Positions 44,143-53,589 of a stretch of 64,000 nucleotides of DNA are shown piece after piece. The position numbers and the translations under genes were made by a program. The stretch lies in assembly GCA_027319905.1 (NCBI GenBank), contig DAHVMJ010000001.1:97421-161420 (forward strand), given 5' to 3'. This stretch comes from Candidatus Micrarchaeota archaeon. GTDB taxonomy: Archaea > Micrarchaeota > Micrarchaeia > Micrarchaeales > CABMGC01. Positions within the stretch are counted from its first letter, which is position 1. Every line of letters starts with the position of its first letter. The notes under the pieces are model-generated. The model ran no database searches and had not been told where the DNA came from. It was given only the letters and a program-made list of their open reading frames with translations.

Positions 44143-44496
44143 ATGCAAGTGGGACGAACCAGTAGTTATACTCTTGAAGTGCTCCGACTCAGCGGCAAGG
44201 AGGCACAGGTCCTTGCAGAGATAGGAATGGACTGGGGTTCTACTGCAACAAGTTTCGTAGAGTACATGTGCGACCGCTATGAGATATCGCGCAGCGGAGC
44301 GTGGTACTGCTTGAAGAAACTTAAGGAGAAAGGTGTGGTGGAATTCACAGAAAGGGGAGAGGAGCATAAGCCCCTGAGGATGACCGATAAGGGACTCGAG
44401 GCCTTCCGCTCGTACATGAGTGATGCACGGAAGGGTGGGATTGCGGGAGGGCGGAATACTCCGCTCTCCAGCATTCGGGTAGACGCATTCTTTTAG
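44143..44496 (+). CDS. wHTH (MarR-like) protein
   Basis: 117 aa. EAQVLAEIG...EISRSGAWYCLKKLKEKGVVEF. Confidence 0.6.
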   Translation: MQVGRTSSYTLEVLRLSGKEAQVLAEIGMDWGSTATSFVEYMCDRYEISRSGAWYCLKKLKEKGVVEFTERGEEHKPLRMTDKGLEAFRSYMSDARKGGIAGGRNTPLSSIRVDAFF

Positions 44497-44504
44497 GTGT
44501 CACC

Positions 44505-44894
44505 ATGTCTATAGGAACCAACACAGCAATCAACGTCACGATACGGCGTGAAAAGTTATATCGGTACGTAGATTACGATCTATTACCTGCTTTGCGTTCC
44601 TCAGGAAGAGGAAAACTTGCGTCGGAATTGGAGGTTGCCTTGGGTCACGGCCCCAGCCATCTGCGCAGACTGCCACAGGAAAGCATAGACCAATTGAAAG
44701 AAACATTACGTCTGGAAATAGACAAGATAGAACTGGGCATAAAGCTGGGAAAGATTAGCGGCGATGCCGAAGACACCGAAATGCACCAAATGATAGAGCT
44801 GCTCTCTTATCTGCCTGATCATCCTCTGGACGCTCGCCAAACGCAGGGAGCATCTGGGCTGCTGGTCAGACTCAAGCGTGCCCTTTCCCCTTAG
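44505..44894 (+). CDS. hypothetical protein
   Basis: 129-aa ORF starting 8 nt after the preceding wHTH gene. No motif recognised. Confidence 0.5.
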   Translation: MSIGTNTAINVTIRREKLYRYVDYDLLPALRSSGRGKLASELEVALGHGPSHLRRLPQESIDQLKETLRLEIDKIELGIKLGKISGDAEDTEMHQMIELLSYLPDHPLDARQTQGASGLLVRLKRALSP

Positions 44895-44945
44895 CGACGT
44901 GCACACGCTTTTATTTATCCTTTCTTCCAATTCCTATGTGGTTGC

Positions 44946-45857
44946 ATGCAGCCCTCGAAGTACGTATGGTTCGATGGCAAGTTCACAGCGTTTGAAGACG
45001 CCAATGTTCACGTGCTCACGCACTCGCTGCAGTACGGCAGCGGCATATTCGAAGGCATACGCACCTACAAGACCGACCGCGGCCCGGCCATATTCAGGCT
45101 GGACGATCACGTAAAGAGATTCTTCCGTACAGCGGAGATTTACAGCATGCCACTGCCAATAAACCAGAAGACGCTGAGTAATGCGATAGCTGGCACGGTA
45201 AAGAAGAACAGGCTCGATTCCTGCTACATAAGGCCGTTCGGCTTCTACAACGACCAGCACATAGGGCTAAGCCCCCTGGGCAAAAGGGTAAGCGTGGTAG
45301 TGGCAGCGTTGCCGTTCGGTAGCTATTTTGCGAACAAGGACAAGGGAGTAAAATGCAAGGTCTCCTCGTGGCAGAGGATAAACTCGCTGATAATGCCCCC
45401 TGAAGCAAAGGGTAGCGGCAACTACCTCAACTCCATACTCGCATCGATGGAGGCGAAGGAGGGCGGGGCAGACGAAGCGATACTCCTTTCGCACGATGGT
45501 TACGTCGCAGAGGGCCCGGGGGAGAACATCTTCCTAGTGCAGAACGGCAGGTTGGTGACACCATCAAAGACAGCTGATATACTTCTTGGTATAACGAGGG
45601 ACAGCCTGATCAAGATAGCCGAAGCGAAAGGGCTTACGGTGGAGGAGCGCGAAGTACACAGGGAGGAACTGTACACGAGCGATGAGGTTTTCTTCGCAGG
45701 CACCGCCGCGGAACTCACGCCAATAACATCGATAGATTCCCGCAAGATAGGTGCAGGAAAGCCAGGGCCGATAACTAAGGTGCTCAGCGAGGCTTACGAC
45801 GAGGTAGTGACAGGCCAGAATGAAGATTTTAGCGACTGGCTTACGTATCTGAGCTAA
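44946..45857 (+). CDS. ilvE: branched-chain-amino-acid aminotransferase
   Basis: 303 aa. LQYGSGIFEGIR.Y, FRLDDH..R, GSGNYLNSILA, EG.GENIF, and GITRD. Confidence 0.9.
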   Translation: MQPSKYVWFDGKFTAFEDANVHVLTHSLQYGSGIFEGIRTYKTDRGPAIFRLDDHVKRFFRTAEIYSMPLPINQKTLSNAIAGTVKKNRLDSCYIRPFGFYNDQHIGLSPLGKRVSVVVAALPFGSYFANKDKGVKCKVSSWQRINSLIMPPEAKGSGNYLNSILASMEAKEGGADEAILLSHDGYVAEGPGENIFLVQNGRLVTPSKTADILLGITRDSLIKIAEAKGLTVEEREVHREELYTSDEVFFAGTAAELTPITSIDSRKIGAGKPGPITKVLSEAYDEVVTGQNEDFSDWLTYLS

Positions 45858-46032
45858 CCCCGCCGTTTTTGCGAGATAAGTTAATTAACCCCAGGGCAAA
45901 ACTCAAAACAAGCAGTTTTTGTATATATGGCACATATGCCAAAGAATCAAAAACGCGCTAAGAAAATACCTATGCTGATCGAGGGCGCATCGCGGTCTTT
46001 GCGTTGCTCCACGCGGTCTTTTGGGCTGGAAT

Positions 46033-46968
46033 ATGTCAGAATTTAAGAAGGAACTATTGTTTCTAAAGGAGCAGCTTGCTTTTAAGGGCAGGATAAAGGA
46101 CACCAGAGGCAGCAACATAGTGGTCGCTGGCATGGGCGGTTCCGGGATGCCCGGTAGGATCTTCCAAGAGCTCTACAGCGACAGACCTGTGTATCTTGTA
46201 GATGATTATCACATACCAAGATTCGTTGGGCCTAACACGCTCTTCATCGCCATAAGCAACTCAGGTAACACAGAGGAAACGCTGAGCGCAACGGAGCAGG
46301 CGGAGAAGAAGGGTGCACGCGTCGTGACGATCAGCAAAGGGGGCGAACTCGCAAAGCACGGAGATGAACATATCGCGCTTCCAAAAAAGAAGCTGCAGCC
46401 AAGGTCTTCTGTAGGCTACATGCTGCTTCCTCTTCTGAACAGCTTCAACATCTGCACACGCGAGGAGCTGAAGCGAACGTACAAGCTTCTCGACGCATTG
46501 GATAGGGACAATTCAGAATGCCAAAAGTGCGCGGCAGAGGTCTTCAAAGACCAAAAGATACCAGTGGTTCAGGGATCAGCGCCATTCAAGAGCGTGGCCT
46601 ACAGGTGGAAGACGCAGTTCAACGAGAACGCAAAGATAATAGCCTACGCAAACCACCTTCCCGAGATGAACCATAACGATACCGTTGCGTTCGCTCATAC
46701 GTATAACAAGAAGATGTTCTTCTTTTTTGCTTTCAATCCGCAGCATGACAGGAACAGGGAGAGACTGAGGCTTACATCAGAGCTGACAGACACCGATTTC
46801 TACGTGATAAAGCCAAAGGGAAGAAGCACGGTAGAGAAGCTCTTCTACCTAATGCACTACGGCGATTACGTCTCGTACCATCTCAGCAAGCTCCGCCAAA
46901 TCGACGCGCGCGACATAGGTGTGTCGGAAGAGCTAAAGGAAAGGCTTCAGCCACAGAGAAGCCGCTAG
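46033..46968 (+). CDS. bifunctional phosphoglucose/phosphomannose isomerase (SIS family)
   Basis: VVAGMGGSG, ISNSGNTEET and YRWKTQFNENAK are the archaeal PGI/PMI signature. Confidence 0.85.
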   Translation: MSEFKKELLFLKEQLAFKGRIKDTRGSNIVVAGMGGSGMPGRIFQELYSDRPVYLVDDYHIPRFVGPNTLFIAISNSGNTEETLSATEQAEKKGARVVTISKGGELAKHGDEHIALPKKKLQPRSSVGYMLLPLLNSFNICTREELKRTYKLLDALDRDNSECQKCAAEVFKDQKIPVVQGSAPFKSVAYRWKTQFNENAKIIAYANHLPEMNHNDTVAFAHTYNKKMFFFFAFNPQHDRNRERLRLTSELTDTDFYVIKPKGRSTVEKLFYLMHYGDYVSYHLSKLRQIDARDIGVSEELKERLQPQRSR

Positions 46969-47007
46969 ACAGCGGACGAAGTGGCAAGAGCCCGACACAA
47001 CCGAAAG

Positions 47008-47379
47008 TTAGAGCAGTTTCAGCGGCTTGGTGAACTTATCTATCTTTGTAGCAACGTCGGGGCCGATTCCAAGCGCGGTTGTCGTTCCCGGAGGCAGCTG
47101 CGTGAGCCCGGCATCGTTGACCAGCGCGCAAGGTACCTTTTCATACTGGAACACCTTGTAGAGCTTGGTGAGCATTGCCTCGTCATCCCCCTCAAGAACT
47201 ATCTTCTTCTGGCCGCTCTCGAACCACGCTTTTGTTATCTCCTTGTCTTTTTTCAGAGCCTCGGTATAGCTGAGCATAGACGCATGCGCCACCTGCGAGG
47301 CCAGCTTTCCCATGCCCATCTTAAGGTCCTTCCTTACCACTATGACCTGCTTTACCTCTTCCATGACCTCTTTTCCCAT
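47008..47379 (-). CDS. pth: peptidyl-tRNA hydrolase (Pth2 type)
   Basis: 123 aa. KQVIVVRKDLKMGMGKLASQVAHAS...DAGLTQLPPGTTTALGIGP. Confidence 0.9.
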   Translation of the reverse strand: MGKEVMEEVKQVIVVRKDLKMGMGKLASQVAHASMLSYTEALKKDKEITKAWFESGQKKIVLEGDDEAMLTKLYKVFQYEKVPCALVNDAGLTQLPPGTTTALGIGPDVATKIDKFTKPLKLL

Positions 47380-47489
47380 CCCATTTATTTATACTGCTCG
47401 GCCAACGTGCCTTTGCAGAATAACAGAAGTAATGATATATTCTGTAAATAATATCAATGCTTTAATAGCCCAAGAAGCACAATTTCTCT

Positions 47490-49478
47490 ATGGGAGCCGT
47501 AAAATACCTCGAACGGAAGGTAGGCGATGCTGTAGACAGCGCCAAAGAGCACGTGGTCGGTGGCGCTTACACAATCAAGGACACAGTTCTTTCTGAGGTA
47601 GGGACGAAGGGGCTGCTTACTGCGTTTTACACGAGCATAACTGCAATCGATGCAAACATCGCAATTCAGGAACTGCCCAAAGGTGACTATTTGGCCGGAG
47701 GGTTTGCTGTAGGTACGGGATTGGTGATGGGCTACGGCACCGTTCATTGGGCAAGAAAGACGTTGCCCGCGGTCAGGCAGGCGTGGCAGAGGAGAAGTAT
47801 CAGAGCACAGCTTCAGGCGGGCGAAGAAACAGTGACAACCCAGACCGCAGAGCAGAAGGTGCAGATGCCAGAGGTAATAGCTCAACCAATGAAGACCGAG
47901 ATGCTGCCAACCACAATAACCACGAAGTGGACCGATGACTGGGGCAAGAAAGAGGCAATGCGCGAACTAATGCAGAACATAATGGACGAGTACGTGGCGG
48001 GCAACGCGACCCAGATCGGAGTGGAAGAGAAGAACGGCGACCTCTACATATACAATGTAGGCAAGGCCGCGAACCCTGCAGACCTCATCTTCCTCGGAGA
48101 GGGAACAAAGAGAGAAGAGAAGGACATGGGCGGCGTTTTCGGATCAGGAACAAAGAAGGCGGCTGCCGTGTTCGTAAGATTGGGCATACCGATCGAGATA
48201 CTTACTGGAACGTTTAGGATAACTCCGCAGATCACTAAGGACAGCATCACAGGAACGGAGGCGATAGCCTACAAGATCGATGAGTTCGACAAGCAGGTGT
48301 TTGACGGGGTCTGCTGCATAATAAAAGGCGAGGGCGGTGAGGCCGAGAATGCCAAGAGGATAATCGTGGGTCTCTCACACAAGGACACCGTGGTGAAGCT
48401 TCCTGCTACAGGTTCCTCAAGGCTTTTCGACAGGATGATGGTGGAAAACGGCGGCGCAAAGCTGTACATACGGGGCATAGAGTTCACCGACCTTCACTCA
48501 AGCAGCAGCCTATACAAAGGGCACTTCAGCTACGACCTGAACGGCGAACTTCCTGGCGGAAGGGACCTTATGACTGGCGAGGACAGGATCGCGCCGGAAT
48601 GGCAGAACGTTCTTACTGGAGTTGGCCGACTGATAGCCGTGGTGCAGGACGTTAACACGGCAGAACTTATGCTGAGCTATGCGATCAAAGATGAGAGGTC
48701 GCTCGAACACGAGGCCGATTTCGATGCCGCAGACATGAAGCTGGTTAACAAGAAGATCTGGGTCGAGGCCGCCGAGAAACTCGCCGGAGGGCCGTGCTAC
48801 ATGCTTTCAAGCCTGATAAACGCAAAGGACGCGAAGTACGGCATCTCTAGCCGCAAGCCCCTCTATTTCAACAATCCTGAGTGGACAAAGTTCCTTCACA
48901 ACGCAGGCCTACGCTTCGATTACGAGGTGGCACAGAACGTAAGCGAAGAGGTTCAGAGGACCACTGTCCCATTTGATGAACTACCTGATAATGTGAAGAA
49001 GACCTTCAAGGCGGTACAGAAGGTGTTCGCTGACCATGGAATCGACCTGAAGCCTGCTAACGAGCAGAACGGGAACGGCACTTCTCACCTTGATCCCGTG
49101 CTCAGGCTTGTTGCAAGAGCGTCTTCCGGCGTATCGCCTCATATATACAAGGCGATGAGAAGTCTCGTCTCTGGCAACCAGATAAACGTGGAATTTGTTA
49201 CTGAGATAAAGCAGGAAGACAAGGATGCTATAGACACGGAGGGAATGGCGCTGCAGCCAGACACGATACTGATAAGGCTCGACGAGGATACGGAAAAGTT
49301 CCAGCACATGTACAGCGTCGCACTGCACGAGGTCGTCCACTTGGTCTCGGGCCTCTTCGATGGCAACCCCAACTTCGGCGCAGAACTTACGTGGAACTTC
49401 GAAAAGCAGATGCCCGAAGCGGCAGCGAAGATGTACGCGCTGAAGAGGAAGAAACTGCCCCCAAAGAGGACAGCCTGA
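47490..49478 (+). CDS. 662-aa protein: TM segment plus GHKL-ATPase-like region plus C-terminal HExxH
   Basis: TM at aa ~67-85. N-box-like RELMQNIMDE (aa 158-167), G2-like GGVFGSGTKKA (aa 214-224), and VALHEVVHLV (aa 610-619). Confidence 0.75.
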   Translation: MGAVKYLERKVGDAVDSAKEHVVGGAYTIKDTVLSEVGTKGLLTAFYTSITAIDANIAIQELPKGDYLAGGFAVGTGLVMGYGTVHWARKTLPAVRQAWQRRSIRAQLQAGEETVTTQTAEQKVQMPEVIAQPMKTEMLPTTITTKWTDDWGKKEAMRELMQNIMDEYVAGNATQIGVEEKNGDLYIYNVGKAANPADLIFLGEGTKREEKDMGGVFGSGTKKAAAVFVRLGIPIEILTGTFRITPQITKDSITGTEAIAYKIDEFDKQVFDGVCCIIKGEGGEAENAKRIIVGLSHKDTVVKLPATGSSRLFDRMMVENGGAKLYIRGIEFTDLHSSSSLYKGHFSYDLNGELPGGRDLMTGEDRIAPEWQNVLTGVGRLIAVVQDVNTAELMLSYAIKDERSLEHEADFDAADMKLVNKKIWVEAAEKLAGGPCYMLSSLINAKDAKYGISSRKPLYFNNPEWTKFLHNAGLRFDYEVAQNVSEEVQRTTVPFDELPDNVKKTFKAVQKVFADHGIDLKPANEQNGNGTSHLDPVLRLVARASSGVSPHIYKAMRSLVSGNQINVEFVTEIKQEDKDAIDTEGMALQPDTILIRLDEDTEKFQHMYSVALHEVVHLVSGLFDGNPNFGAELTWNFEKQMPEAAAKMYALKRKKLPPKRTA

Positions 49479-49514
49479 TATAGCAATAAATACTTCGCCG
49501 AACAAACCAAGACT

Positions 49515-50672
49515 ATGTCAGAGCTCGGTAACAAGACGGTAGCGAATCTCATAAAAAATTACTACGGCAGAGCTACGAATCTGGCTCCAGACAGAGTAGA
49601 GGAGAGGGAATTCGGCTTCGGCAGCTTCACAAGCAGGATAGCTGTGAGGCATGCGTCATTCAGAGGCGAGAACGAACTGCACGCTTACCTTGTAGAGACC
49701 GCACCGCTGCACGTAGACTACTCCGCTGCCTACTACAGGAACCCAGAGGCGCCAATGGAGAAGAAGGAGTGGTTGGGCTCGGAGCTGAGGTTCGACATAG
49801 ACGCCGGCGACATAGTGAAGCTACCCTGCAGGCTGGAGCACGGCAAAGAATGGGCTTGCGACAGGTGCCTCGCCGCAGCGAAAGACGAGGTTATCAAGCT
49901 AATCGAGAACTTCCTTGTTCCAGACTTCGGCTTCTCAGAGAAGGAACTCGCGATAAACTTCAGCGGCGGCCGCGGATATCACGTGCACATCAGGAAGGAG
50001 AGCGTGCTGGCGCTGGGCAAATCGGCCAGGGAGGAGATAAGCAACTATATCTTCGGCAATGAGCCGGCTTATGACGCCTTCTTCTACACAGTGAGAATCG
50101 ACGCAAGACACGAAAAGCAGATGGGCCCCGCCCCAAACGATGGCGGTTGGCGCGGTAAGGTAGCAAAGGCATTTCTCCAGGCGGCGCACAGCAAGGAAGA
50201 CCTCACCTCCCTCGGCATAGACAAAACAACAGCATCTTGGATCTTCAAGAACGTGGCCAGCGTGCGCGAAGAGATAAGCAAGGGTAACTGGGACTTCGTG
50301 CGCATACCGAACAGGGAAAGCGTTTTTGAGAACCTGCTGAGCAGGCAGGTGATCAATCAGGGCAACAGGATAGACAAAGGCGTGACCAATGACCCCTCTC
50401 ACCTCATGCGCCTGCCCAACAGCATACATGGCGGCACAGGACTCATAGCAAAGAAGGTGCCTTCTATTGCCGCCCTCGAGATATTCGACCCCATGAAAGG
50501 CGCCGTCGCATTCAAGGAAGGGGAACTCAGAGTAAGGGCGGATTCCAGGTACAAACTTGTGATAAGCGGAGCGGAGTTCGGGCCCTACAAGAACGAAGAA
50601 AAGACGCTGCCAACATACGCGGCAACCTATTTGTATTTAAAGGGGTTGGCAGATATAATTAGCAGCAAGTGA
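49515..50672 (+). CDS. priS: DNA primase small (catalytic) subunit PriS
   Basis: ELRFDIDAGD (catalytic DxD), SGGRGYHVHI, and LMRLPNSIHGGTG. Confidence 0.9.
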   Translation: MSELGNKTVANLIKNYYGRATNLAPDRVEEREFGFGSFTSRIAVRHASFRGENELHAYLVETAPLHVDYSAAYYRNPEAPMEKKEWLGSELRFDIDAGDIVKLPCRLEHGKEWACDRCLAAAKDEVIKLIENFLVPDFGFSEKELAINFSGGRGYHVHIRKESVLALGKSAREEISNYIFGNEPAYDAFFYTVRIDARHEKQMGPAPNDGGWRGKVAKAFLQAAHSKEDLTSLGIDKTTASWIFKNVASVREEISKGNWDFVRIPNRESVFENLLSRQVINQGNRIDKGVTNDPSHLMRLPNSIHGGTGLIAKKVPSIAALEIFDPMKGAVAFKEGELRVRADSRYKLVISGAEFGPYKNEEKTLPTYAATYLYLKGLADIISSK

Positions 50673-50706
50673 TGCTCAGTAGCAACACTCGTCCTTCAGT
50701 GGAAAA

Positions 50707-51282
50707 ATGAACGCCTACAAGTACATAAACAAGTCATTCCAGAGCGACTACAGCGCGAGATCGCAACTGCTAAAGCAGCGCATAGTGGCGTGGCGCAAGG
50801 AATCGCCAGTGCAGCGTGTTGAAAAACCCACAAATGTGGCGAGGGCAAGATCTCTCGGTTACAAGGACAAGCAGGGGGTCGTCATAGCAAGAGTGCGAGT
50901 TGACAGGGGTCTGAGCAAGAGGAGAAAGATACAGGCAGGCAGGAAACCCTCAAAGTCGGGGAGGTTCTACGCATTCAGGAAGTCACTGCAGGCGCGGGCT
51001 GAGGAGCGAGCCTCCAACAGGTTCTCCAACTGCGAGGTGCTCAACTCATACTTTGTCGGCGAGGACGGCAACTACAAGTTCTTCGAGGTCATAATGCTGG
51101 ACAGGACGCACCCCGCGATACTCAACGATCCGAACTACACCGGCGTGATAGCGCAGAGGGCTCGCGCTGTACGCGGCCTAACAAGCGCGGGCAGGAAGTT
51201 CAGGGGCCTGGTGAAGAAAGGATTCGGAACGAACAGGAACAGGCCCAGCCTGACTCAGGGCATGAGCAGGCGCAGCGAATAG
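50707..51282 (+). CDS. rpl15e: ribosomal protein L15e
   Basis: 191 aa. WRKESPVQRVEKPTN..RAR.LGYK.KQGVVIARVRV.RG and FEVIM.D..HPAI. Confidence 0.93.
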   Translation: MNAYKYINKSFQSDYSARSQLLKQRIVAWRKESPVQRVEKPTNVARARSLGYKDKQGVVIARVRVDRGLSKRRKIQAGRKPSKSGRFYAFRKSLQARAEERASNRFSNCEVLNSYFVGEDGNYKFFEVIMLDRTHPAILNDPNYTGVIAQRARAVRGLTSAGRKFRGLVKKGFGTNRNRPSLTQGMSRRSE

Positions 51283-51311
51283 CTATTAAATCCCGCTTCG
51301 CTATACTTCAC

Positions 51312-51746
51312 ATGGCCTTGCCAAGAACAAAACTATTAGAGGAAGAGCGGAAGGTCTTGGAGACCTTCACTCAAGACGCTCACTGGTTCGAAGATCATTG
51401 GAAAGAGCTCAGGAAGAAATACGGCGGCGACTTTCTGGCCGTAAAGGAGAAGAGGGTAATAGCGCACGACGCCAGCCTGGAAAAGCTCATAAACAAACTC
51501 AAGGCCAGCGGAGAGAAGCCCGCAAATCTTTTCATAGAGTCCACGTACCGCCCCAAGGGCGACATCATCCTCACGCTGCCGCAGCAACACTGGCAGAGGG
51601 AGCTTCTCCTGGACATAAGACGGCAGGGCGAATCAGAGCTGGAGGAGATGGTAACCGGGTCTCCTGGCAAGTGGGAATACACTCCAGCGGCAAAAAAGTA
51701 CTTTCTTGAAGGCAAGCCGCTGCTGACCAGACCGAAAAGGCACTAG
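51312..51746 (+). CDS. hypothetical protein (DUF5678-like N-terminal half)
   Basis: 144 aa. HW.ELRKKYGGDFLAVKEKRVIAHDASLEKLINKL is a pattern I recall for DUF5678-type proteins. Confidence 0.55.
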   Translation: MALPRTKLLEEERKVLETFTQDAHWFEDHWKELRKKYGGDFLAVKEKRVIAHDASLEKLINKLKASGEKPANLFIESTYRPKGDIILTLPQQHWQRELLLDIRRQGESELEEMVTGSPGKWEYTPAAKKYFLEGKPLLTRPKRH

Positions 51747-51755
51747 GCGCATCTT

Positions 51756-51995
51756 ATGCCGAATGCCACATTGAAACTCAGGCTCGGTCCCAAGGCCAAG
51801 GACTACATCAAGATAGTGGGCAAAGGAGAAAAGTACAAGAGAGGCAGCATCTCATTCAGGGCCACTAAGGACAGTGTGGAGATCGGCGTCGAGGCCGATG
51901 ACGCCACCGCCCTTCTTGCTTCAGTTTCCAGTGCAGTGAAACAGCTCAGGATCGTGAGCAGCGTTGACTCATTGCTTAATAGAAAGAAAGCATAG
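51756..51995 (+). CDS. Pcc1-like KEOPS subunit candidate
   Basis: 79 aa. A.LKLRL...A..I......E......SISFRATKDSVEIGVEADDATALLASVSSAVKQLRIV fits the Pcc1/CTAG pattern. Confidence 0.55.
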   Translation: MPNATLKLRLGPKAKDYIKIVGKGEKYKRGSISFRATKDSVEIGVEADDATALLASVSSAVKQLRIVSSVDSLLNRKKA

Positions 51996-52049
51996 CACCA
52001 AGCGACCTGGACGCTACCGTTTTAATACCTTCATTCCATCTAATGCCCG

Positions 52050-52514
52050 ATGGGAAGGGGATCGCTGAAAACCCCGAACGGGTTCAGGTACGCCGCAAAC
52101 ACCTACGCCAACATCACGGACGGCAGCATGCCAGCCATACTGCTGAAGAGTTTTGTTTTCGAGGGCAGAGAGTGGAGGACACACCCTGACGGCGTCACGG
52201 AATCTTTATCTATAAAGAACCTGATTCGGAGAGACGACAAGGCACTTTCCTCGCTCAGGCAGCTGGACGTTCTCTCAGTTTCGGATGGGGAGAAACTCAA
52301 GTTTGCAGCGGTATCGAGCCAGATGGTAGGCGAGAACAGATGGAACTGCCACCTGATTGGAGACCGGCTCTGCCTGTCGCTGGACGAGGCCGAAGCTCTG
52401 GTCTCGCTGGAGAAGGAGAAGATCGAGGCCAAGGGAGGCGACACAGAGATAGAGAGGCAGTTTTTTGACAGCACTAGGCGTTTCCTCAGGGACGCCTCAG
52501 GAGCTGGGCTCTAG
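52050..52514 (+). CDS. hypothetical protein
   Basis: 154-aa ORF with no motif recognised. Confidence 0.5.
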   Translation: MGRGSLKTPNGFRYAANTYANITDGSMPAILLKSFVFEGREWRTHPDGVTESLSIKNLIRRDDKALSSLRQLDVLSVSDGEKLKFAAVSSQMVGENRWNCHLIGDRLCLSLDEAEALVSLEKEKIEAKGGDTEIERQFFDSTRRFLRDASGAGL

Positions 52515-52540
52515 CTTTACTTCCGCTAAACGACAACACT

Positions 52541-52548
52541 TTTATAAA
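52541..52548 (+). promoter_or_regulatory. TATA box (TTTATAAA) upstream of the ribosomal-protein block
   Basis: It lies 82 nt upstream of the L3 ATG. Confidence 0.4.
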
Positions 52549-52622
52549 CCTAAATCGCCAATTAGATTAGCTGTTTTTCGGCGTTGACAGCATAACTGTG
52601 CTACTTTTCCAAGTGCATAGGC

Positions 52623-53588
52623 ATGAGTCATAAGGGTTCGCTAGAATTTTGGCCCCACAGAAGGGCGCAGAGGCTACTTCCAAGAGTGAGGAACTGGCCC
52701 GCACCGAGCGAGCCCGCAGTCCTCTCGCTCCTCGCCTTCAAGGCAGGCATGACGCACGTTGGCATAATAGATGATTCAAACTCGCCGTCGAAAGGGCAGG
52801 AGGTAGCAAGAGCAGCCACGATACTTGTGCTGCCGAAGATGTTCGTCTACGGGTTGAGATTCTACAAGAAAGGCTACCTCTACACGCATGCCGTAAACGA
52901 GGTACACGATGCGGCGATGGCACAGAAAATAGGGGTCAAAAATACGAAGCGCACAAATCTCGAAGAGGCAAAGAAGAAAACAGGAGAGTATGCGAATGTT
53001 GTTGCGCTCGCGTTTGCCGACCCAGGCGCCCTCAAGATAAGAATCAAGAAGACGCTGCGCTTCGAGATTCCTGTTGGAGGAAAAGACGTAGCAAGCAAAC
53101 TCACCTTCGCCGAGAAGCTGCTCGGCAAAGAGTTGAAAATAAGCGACGTACTCAACAGCGGAGACATAATAGACGTCACCTCTGTGTCAAAAGGCAAGGG
53201 ATGGGAGGGACCTGTCCACAGGTTCCACGTGGCAAAGCTGTACCACAAGTCAACCGGCAAGACCAGGCACGTGGGCAGCCTCGGAGCGTGGCATCCTGCC
53301 AAGGTCCTTTTCTCGGTACCTCAGGCGGGTCATTTGGGGTTCAACTACAGAACAGAGTTGAACAAACGCATACTCAAAGTGGGAACCGCGCAGGACGCCA
53401 GTTCCGTGACCCCGGCCGGAGGTTTCCTGAGATTCGGCAATGTCAACAACGACTATATACTCATAGACGGTTCTGTTCCAGGACCAGCGAAGAGGCTGGT
53501 CAGGATAAGGAAAGCGCTGCGTTCGGGCAAGAAGGCAATGGTGCCCAAGATAACCTACATATCGTTGGAGTCGAAGCAGGGTGCATGA
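52623..53588 (+). CDS. rpl3: ribosomal protein L3
   Basis: 321 aa. GSLEFWPHRRA, FKAGMTHV, and KGKGWEGPV. Confidence 0.96.
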   Translation: MSHKGSLEFWPHRRAQRLLPRVRNWPAPSEPAVLSLLAFKAGMTHVGIIDDSNSPSKGQEVARAATILVLPKMFVYGLRFYKKGYLYTHAVNEVHDAAMAQKIGVKNTKRTNLEEAKKKTGEYANVVALAFADPGALKIRIKKTLRFEIPVGGKDVASKLTFAEKLLGKELKISDVLNSGDIIDVTSVSKGKGWEGPVHRFHVAKLYHKSTGKTRHVGSLGAWHPAKVLFSVPQAGHLGFNYRTELNKRILKVGTAQDASSVTPAGGFLRFGNVNNDYILIDGSVPGPAKRLVRIRKALRSGKKAMVPKITYISLESKQGA

Positions 53589-53589
53589 G

